Assembly: GCF_000143415.4 (NCBI RefSeq) | Contig: NW_003314437.1 | Location: 133,266-163,202, forward strand | Reading direction: 5' to 3' | Length of the DNA stretch: 29,937 nt | Source of the DNA: Selaginella moellendorffii | Lineage: Eukaryota; Plantae; Lycopodiophyta | Shown: positions 23,379 through 29,937 of the stretch, in pieces | How the letters are laid out: each line of letters opens with the position of its first letter | Position numbering within the stretch: the stretch's first letter is position 1 | The notes under the pieces: generated by a model | What the model saw: the letters and a program-made list of their open reading frames with translations, nothing else | The model's database searches: none | Told to the model about the DNA's origin: nothing | Made by a program: the position numbers and the translations under genes

Positions 23379-24790
23379 GATCCGAGTTCATTAAAAATCC
23401 TGGACCGCATAAGGTGCTGGTATAGTAGCATAAATTTTTTTTTTTATGATGCTAATCAAAATCTCTCTCTTTTGCACTTCTTTTTAGGTGAAAGTTATTC
23501 TTTTTTCTGACACAGAAGAGCGTGCATTTCCATTCAGAAGAGAAGCGGCCAAGAAGGACTCCGAGTTGATGTCTTTCGGATGTGTTTTGTGGAGGAAAGA
23601 GGAAGCTTCGATTTTGAAAAGCCGGTAGTTTTAGTGATAATCACGTGAATTGATTCATGCTTTTCGCATGTGGAGCAGGTTTGGATTAGAGTTGGCACCG
23701 GCAGTAGTTTTCATCAAAGATCCAGGTGTCCAGCCCATAACTGTTTATGGTAAAAATCTTCTTTGAGATGATTTCTTTCACTTTGCGGGTAAATTGCAGG
23801 TAAATTGCGTGACTCCTTCATGGAAACTGTGGAAGAACATAAAGTTCATGGTAAGTACTATGTAGGCTCTTCCTTTTTTTGCTATCTTTTGAATTGCAAT
23901 TTGATGTGCATGCTTTTATTTCTTCCTCAGCTGCAAAGCATCACGGCTTCCAAACTTGGATGTGATCCCGCGGACTTCTCTGCAGCTGGAAAAGATGTAG
24001 AAACATGGTACTGCATTGTGGTTGCTGGAAGGCCTGGTTTTCAGCTTGATCAACTCTGCAGTGTAAGATNNNNNNNNNNNNNNNNNNNNNNNNNNNNNNN
24101 NNNNNNNNNNNNNNNNNNNNNNNNNNNNNNNNNNNNNNNNNNNNNNNNNNNNNNNNNNNNNNNNNNNNNGAATTGTGCAAGATGAGCTCGTGTAAGTGAG
24201 AACATTGATAGCCAAAATTTTGCTGCTGCCACTGCATTTGAGCCTATCATGGCTTGACGGCAAAATCCAAAAGGTGGATACTTATATAGCTCGCTGGTTA
24301 ATTAATCCTTGTTTTTGTGCAGAAATTTTGCTATTACTGCCTCCCTTCTGAACCCGTCCATAAGACTTGCAGGCCGAGGCAGTACCAAGTGCAAGACGTG
24401 GCAAGGATTTTGATGATACGTTTTAGAAGAGATCCAACATCAAAAGCCGGTGGTGAAGAGAATCAATACCTGGTGGCGTTTGAATTATGAGGAGCCAGAT
24501 TTAGCATCGATGCTTATTGCTCCATACAGTGATGCAAATGAAATCTCGGAGGTTGGTTGGTTTCATTTAGACTTTTTTCTCTTTTCTTTGCTATACCAAA
24601 GAGTTTTTCTGCAGGTTTTATCGTGAATTTCTAATAGTGTTCATGATGGCGACACAAATGAAATTCCATTCTTTGTAAGTGTTGTGGTGTTTTGAAAGTT
24701 TGGAGAACTCTTGACTGTGGGATTTTGTTAGAATACTAAGTCGATGCCTGCGTTAATACCCGAGGAGCAAGCAGTCTTGATGCTCTCTTC
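23379..24790 (+). pseudogene. DNAJC16-like ER co-chaperone (thioredoxin-like central region), multi-exon internal fragment
   Basis: VKVILFSDTEERAFPFRREAAK, APAVVFIKDPGVQP, LPQLQSITASKLGCD..TWYCIVVAGR, WLDGKIQK|KFCYY, DGDTNEIPFF, PALIPEE. J-domain absent; stops present. Confidence 0.8.
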
Positions 24791-25530
24791 AACACGGAAT
24801 GCTGTGAGTGGAATGAGGAGATTTATAAATAAAAGTTTGTTTAAAAATTACAGATTGTGCATGTTATTAGCTTCTATGCACTATTTGGCAGAACAAAAAG
24901 GGAACACTACATTTAATAGAGTATGCATGACTGTAAGCTTTTAATTTTGTTGATGTTTCTTGTAAAAAAAATTTAAATTGAGCTAAAGGACAAAAGAAAA
25001 TGTAATTCAAAATAAAGATATTACATAAACAATAAAAAATTTAAAAAATATTTTAGAAGAAACTAAATTTTCTTTTCAAGATAAGAGCTTCAAATAGACT
25101 TGTTACATAGTTAGAGAATTTTTTCTGAGAGTTCATATCAACTTTCTTTCTAAGCATTATTGGTTGTACAAAACTTTTGGTTCCATACTAGAGGGATGGC
25201 TGGCTGGATCCCTCCTGGGTTGAGAGGGAACAAGGCCCCATAGTACTAGCAATCACAACTTGAACAGATGTGTAGGAAGCTGGTATATCTATCACATGTA
25301 GCCATAAAGATTCGAAAACTACAACAACTTTTGCTTGAAGCACTTGAAAAGAATGTGGTAGACAGCAACAAACCTGTACAACGTCGTGAACAGCCGGATG
25401 TCTGCCAGAGTGAGCGAGTTGCCACACAAAAATCTCAAGCACTGAAGGTGTTTCTCAACAGTTTCAAGTTGTTCCCTGTATTATAGAATTAAAAATGAAC
25501 AATTTTAGAATGGATTAGCAATGGGTTTAA

Positions 25531-26292
25531 AGAAGATAGCAGAAAAAGAGATGCTAAGAGATAGCGAGCTCTTGATAAAGAAGAGATTGAGCTTGCAATC
25601 TTGATAAGCAGGATTGAACCACTTACACAGATATCCCAAGAAAACAAAAGTCGTGATGTAGCACACTAAGGACACAGCAAGCGAGGCATTATACCTGTGA
25701 AGTGTGCATCTTGTTCTATGTATAAAAGGTAAAGAAACGAGGAAGAACATTACCAGAACTGACTCTCTTTGGCAATCCATGCAGCATTCCAGTTGTATGT
25801 CGAGAGTCTTCCTGCCAGAAGAACAAAGAAACTATGGTTATAAATCCAAGAGAAAAGCACTAGATTTACTGTCAGCATCCACAATGTCATTGGGAAGAAG
25901 GATGAGGCAAAGCACAGTGAGACCAGACCAGACGATAAGAGCTTGATCATTCAGTTGCCACGATGCCAAGAGTCCCTGTGATTGCTTTGGTACTTCCCAA
26001 AGCTCTCATGTGTAGAACAGCTTGTGTGCCAAACAAATCCTTGCCAGGCGAGTAAGGGAAGTGATTAATCCCTGGAAGCGAAAAAAAAGTAGGTGTTGTT
26101 GCAAATCACAAGAACTTACACGGGATTTTCTCACGTGAGGTCATGCAGCATCCATGCGAGCAGCAAGGAGAGTGCGAAGAGGCTGCAATACCCGATTCTT
26201 GCCAATCGGCAAGAGATGCTGCTCACTAATCCCTCACAAGCCTGGCAAGCGTAAGCTGTGCAGCTGGACGCTAGACAAAATGTCGCCCACAT
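25531..26292 (-). pseudogene. Serinc N-terminal half, captured fragment
   Basis: ATG at 26292: MWATFCLASSCTAYACQAC..ISCRLARIGYCSLFALSLLLAWML; RDSWHRGN*MIK; YNWNAAWIAKESQFW|YNASLAVSLVCY..WFNPAYQDCKLNLFF. Truncated at 25531. Confidence 0.88.
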
Positions 26293-26749
26293 CATCAGAT
26301 GCTCGCTGGATCAAGAAGCAAAACCTTAGAATTTGATTACATTGTCCCTCGCTTTAGATTTTTTTTTATAACACTAATGCCATGTTGTTCTGTTGTAGAT
26401 TTTCTATCGTTACAGAACTGAAAGGCAGAGAGTTTATGGTTGCAGTATTCTTGCAGTNNNNNNNNNNNNNNNNNNNNNNNNNNNNNNNNNNNNNNNNNNN
26501 NNNNNNNNNNNNNNNNNNNNNNNNNNNNNNNNNNNNNNNNNNNNNNNNNNNNNNNNNAGGAGCGCACTGGCAATGCAGCAGCTTTGTGCACTGGCGCTCT
26601 CAAGTTATCGTCACTGCAGCCACTGATATGAACGTGACTGGCCGCTCAATCGATCAGATGCCATATCTGAGCGACAATGCCATACCATTTTAAGGTTTCT
26701 TTTTCCTCCAAGTTGTCCAGATAGCCAGCTGAGTAAATCCCAGGCTGTT

Positions 26750-27837
26750 CACTGGGAATCCACAGCAGTGTGGCAGTCACTGCCTTCCTGACATTCTCGA
26801 GTTTTCTCAAAAAGTGGTATCATGAGACGGTGCTCAAGCCGGGACAGCCTCCTTCAGCACCGGGATCTTTGGCAACGTGGCTGCTTTTCTCAGAGGCTTC
26901 AAGTCTGGAAGACCGACTACTTTGCAAAGTTGAGTGATCTTGTACTTTCTTTCGCTTGTTTAACTGTCGCTTTTTCTTGGTTTCAGGTATAATCGAGTGG
27001 GTTTTACAAGGCGTTTCTGTTCTGGCAGAATGCAAATTTGTAAAGACAGCTTTGAGACAGGATGGCCGGAGAGCACTGTTGTGCTCATTGGACGAAATTT
27101 GTTTGCAGGGTTAACTGGAAAGAGCCACTTGAAGCTCCAAGCCCGCTGTGAACAATCCCAAAGCTCTCAAGCAGTATGTGCCCCTCATCGTCAACAACAT
27201 AAAAGCGTCCCTTGTGAGGTGGTCTACGCAGGATAAGATCGTTCTTCTTACCAGTAAGCAATTGTCTTAGTTTTCTTGTTGACACTGGTTTTTTCTGATA
27301 TGACAGTTCACGTTTCTAACTGTCCTCTACATTTTATATGGGAAAGACTCCAGTCTCGACATGGAAGAGACTTTCTCCTTCTAGTCCGTTGTCAACCAAG
27401 GCATTCAGGCTCTCCCCATCAACTTGCTCGGCACTGCCTACAACAAAGCCATTTGCGTTGTACATAGCTTTGTGACGTTTTCTCATTTTCAGGCCGAGGC
27501 AAAAGCTCATCAAGCTTATCCAGGACGTGATCAACCAATGCTTCTGGAAAGCCGCAGGAAACAAGCATTCTTTCGTTGCTCATGGATCAGCCGGATGACA
27601 AAAAAGAGGTGCTGGAAGACGCTCATATCATAGACATGCTCAACATGTACATGAATGCTGGTCACGACTCAACGGCTCATGTCATCATGTGGCTGATGAT
27701 TTCCTAAAGAAAAATCCATGATGTGCTTGAGAAAGTGAAGATAGACATTTCCAATTTCATACAAACTTTCCTTCATACAAAATTTCTTCTTTAGGCCACA
27801 TCCAGACTATTCTGTAAGAGTTTCAAAACTTCTGTAA
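26750..27837 (+). pseudogene. KAO: CYP88/KAO-like pseudogene, copy 2 (large 3' deletion)
   Basis: 26371-27935 is colinear with 12258-14350. GWPESTVVLIGRNLFAGL, YMNAGHDSTAH present; ExxR, PERF and heme exons deleted at 27794-27797. Confidence 0.88.
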
Positions 27838-29937
27838 TTAAAAAAGAAAAAAGTATTCTACTGAATTGTACCTCATACAAGATGATACACTATGTATTCT
27901 CATGCCTCCACTGTTCTAATTCATCTCTGTCGCTTCTGTATTTCGAAGGAAACACTATTTATAAAAACTCTACATTTATGGTTACCCTTTTTTCCAATGG
28001 ACCTAATGACGACATGTTCAAGATAGAGACAAACTGGTAGGTATTCTTAAAGAACCATAGAACTGAACACCATCTCTTTAAGGGCAATCTATGAGGCGCT
28101 TGTGAGGCTCTGAAGTGTTAACCTCCTCTGGATATCTTTCAATAACGAGAAAAAACCTTTAACCTATGAAAGGTACTTTTTCACTGCTTCTTTCATGTTT
28201 TATGGAGTCAAGTTACAGCTTCTGGAATTCTATGAGCAGCANNNNNNNNNNNNNNNNNNNNNNNNNNNNNNNNNNNNNNNNNNNNNNNNNNNNNNNNNNN
28301 NNNNNNNNNNNNNNNNNNNNNNNNNNNNNNNNNNNNNNNNNNNNNNNNNNNNNNNNNNNNNNNNNNNNNNNNNNNNNNNNNNNNNNNNNNNNNNNNNNNN
28401 NNNNNNNNNNNNNNNNNNNNNNNNNNNNNNNNNNNNNNNNNNNNNNNNNNNNNNNNNNNNNNNNNNNNNNNNNNNNNNNNNNNNNNNNNNNNNNNNNNNN
28501 NNNNNNNNNNNNNNNNNNNNNNNNNNNNNNNNNNNNNNNNNNNNNNNNNNNNNNNNNNNNNNNNNNNNNNNNNNNNNNNNNNNNNNNNNNNNNNNNNNNN
28601 NNNNNNNNNNNNNNNNNNNNNNNNNNNNNNNNNNNNNNNNNNNNNNNNNNNNNNNNNNNNNNNNNNNNNNNNNNNNNNNNNNNNNNNNNNNNNNNNNNNN
28701 NNNNNNNNNNNNNNNNNNNNNNNNNNNNNNNNNNNNNNNNNNNNNNNNNNNNNNNNNNNNNNNNNNNNNNNNNNNNNNNNNNNNNNNNNNNNNNNNNNNN
28801 NNNNNNNNNNNNNNNNNNNNNNNNNNNNNNNNNNNNNNNNNNNNNNNNNNNNNNNNNNNNNNNNNNNNNNNNNNNNNNNNNNNNNNNNNNNNNNNNNNNN
28901 NNNNNNNNNNNNNNNNNNNNNNNNNNNNNNNNNNNNNNNNNNNNNNNNNNNNNNNNNNNNNNNNNNNNNNNNNNNNNNNNNNNNNNNNNNNNNNNNNNNN
29001 NNNNNNNNNNNNNNNNNNNNNNNNNNNNNNNNNNNNNNNNNNNNNNNNNNNNNNNNNNNNNNNNNNNNNNNNNNNNNNNNNNNNNNNNNNNNNNNNNNNN
29101 NNNNNNNNNNNNNNNNNNNNNNNNNNNNNNNNNNNNNNAGAAAAACTTGAGCTACCTTCTGCAGTTCCATAAGCTAAGGAGTCCTTGCTGGTACATCCAA
29201 GCACATGAAGTTCCTTGGGTGTTAAGTCTTATCAAGTGGTGGGCTATTCAATGAGCATGGTAAAAATTAAAAATAGGTTGAGAAAAAGGAGAAACAACAT
29301 GTCTTACAAATAGCAGATAGATTTTAAAAAAAAAGTTAGAATTTATGCTAGGGTCCTCCCATGATTAATTTAAATGATGATATTAAAAAATATCACAATA
29401 ATCCAGATAAATTCAAATAATACAGCTTTTTAATTATTGATAATGTAGATACTGAATAGTTCTATTACTAATGCAGTAATATTAATGGCATGCATTGGAA
29501 ATTGGGATTAGAGCAGTAATAAAAATGGAATTTTGTCACACATAATGACATCTTAACACTTCTATGACAATATAGATTTACTTCTTCTGGTAAGCAAAGA
29601 AAATCCATTATATCATTCACCATTATAGTGTTCAGAAAATGGTAATAATATCAATAATAAGCACTATTTTATTATAACATGATAATAATAAAACAAAATG
29701 ATCACATTATATATATAGCTTATCTTTTCTAAAACTTGCATTTTTTATCTATTTGCATTATTGTGCATTTATTTAGAGGTGAAGAGTAGCAAAATTAAGA
29801 TAAATTTAACTTTGTATACAATCAAAATTTCTAACATTGTAAAATTAGAAAAGAAGATGTATTTATCTTAGGTATACTATATCTCCCAGCAGAGCTGGGG
29901 TCTCTGCTAGTACTCATATATTAAACGAAAGAGCCCG

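Larger units (their letters stand above)
21772..29910 (+). mobile_element. Non-autonomous Helitron A2 (~8.1 kb) carrying DNAJC16-like, Serinc and CYP88 fragments
   Basis: A|TCAAACTCTTTATTTAAAG at 21772. Hairpin CCCAGC-AGA-GCTGGG at 29885-29899, CTAG|T at 29907-29910. Contains three N-gaps. Confidence 0.85.
21769..29937 (+). mobile_element. Helitron B3 5' end split by A2 (TCA 21769-21771 plus TACTCATA.. from 29911); continues beyond the window
   Basis: Joining the flanks of A2 gives A|TCA-TACTCATATATTAAACGAAAGAGC, which is the intact B-type 5' end seen at 12019(-). Confidence 0.7.

Noticed and set aside
12258-27935. Simple segmental/tandem duplication or haplotype mis-assembly of the CYP88 region
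   Set aside because: The copies differ by many substitutions and reciprocal deletions, and shared blocks are limited to element termini and some cargo.

Overview
This is land-plant genomic DNA with very short GT-AG introns and AT-rich spacers. That style suggests a compact non-seed-plant genome such as Selaginella (inference). Almost the whole window reads as a nest of non-autonomous Helitrons. There are four 3' termini (CCCAGC-NNN-GCTGGG hairpin plus CTAG) at 4372(+), 4456(-), 16272(+) and 29910(+). There are two families of 5' termini: type A TCAAACTCTTTATTTAAAG at 4373 and 21772, and type B TCATACTCATATATTTAAACGAAAGAGC at 12019(-), 8035(-), 16273 and 21769/29911. The elements carry decayed, intron-containing fragments of about a dozen unrelated host genes: Serinc (x2), RING-CH ligase, GT106 O-fucosyltransferase-family, CAMK-type kinase, LAF3 amidohydrolase, ZDP, kelch protein, CYP88/KAO (x2), purple acid phosphatase, acyl-activating enzyme, RPA1 and a DNAJC16-like protein. 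No intact protein-coding gene and no RepHel transposase were found. Every resolvable insertion junction lies within the first ~85 bp of another Helitron's 5' end. Four N-gaps limit certainty about long-range contiguity. Protein identities come from recalled family motifs, not database searches.
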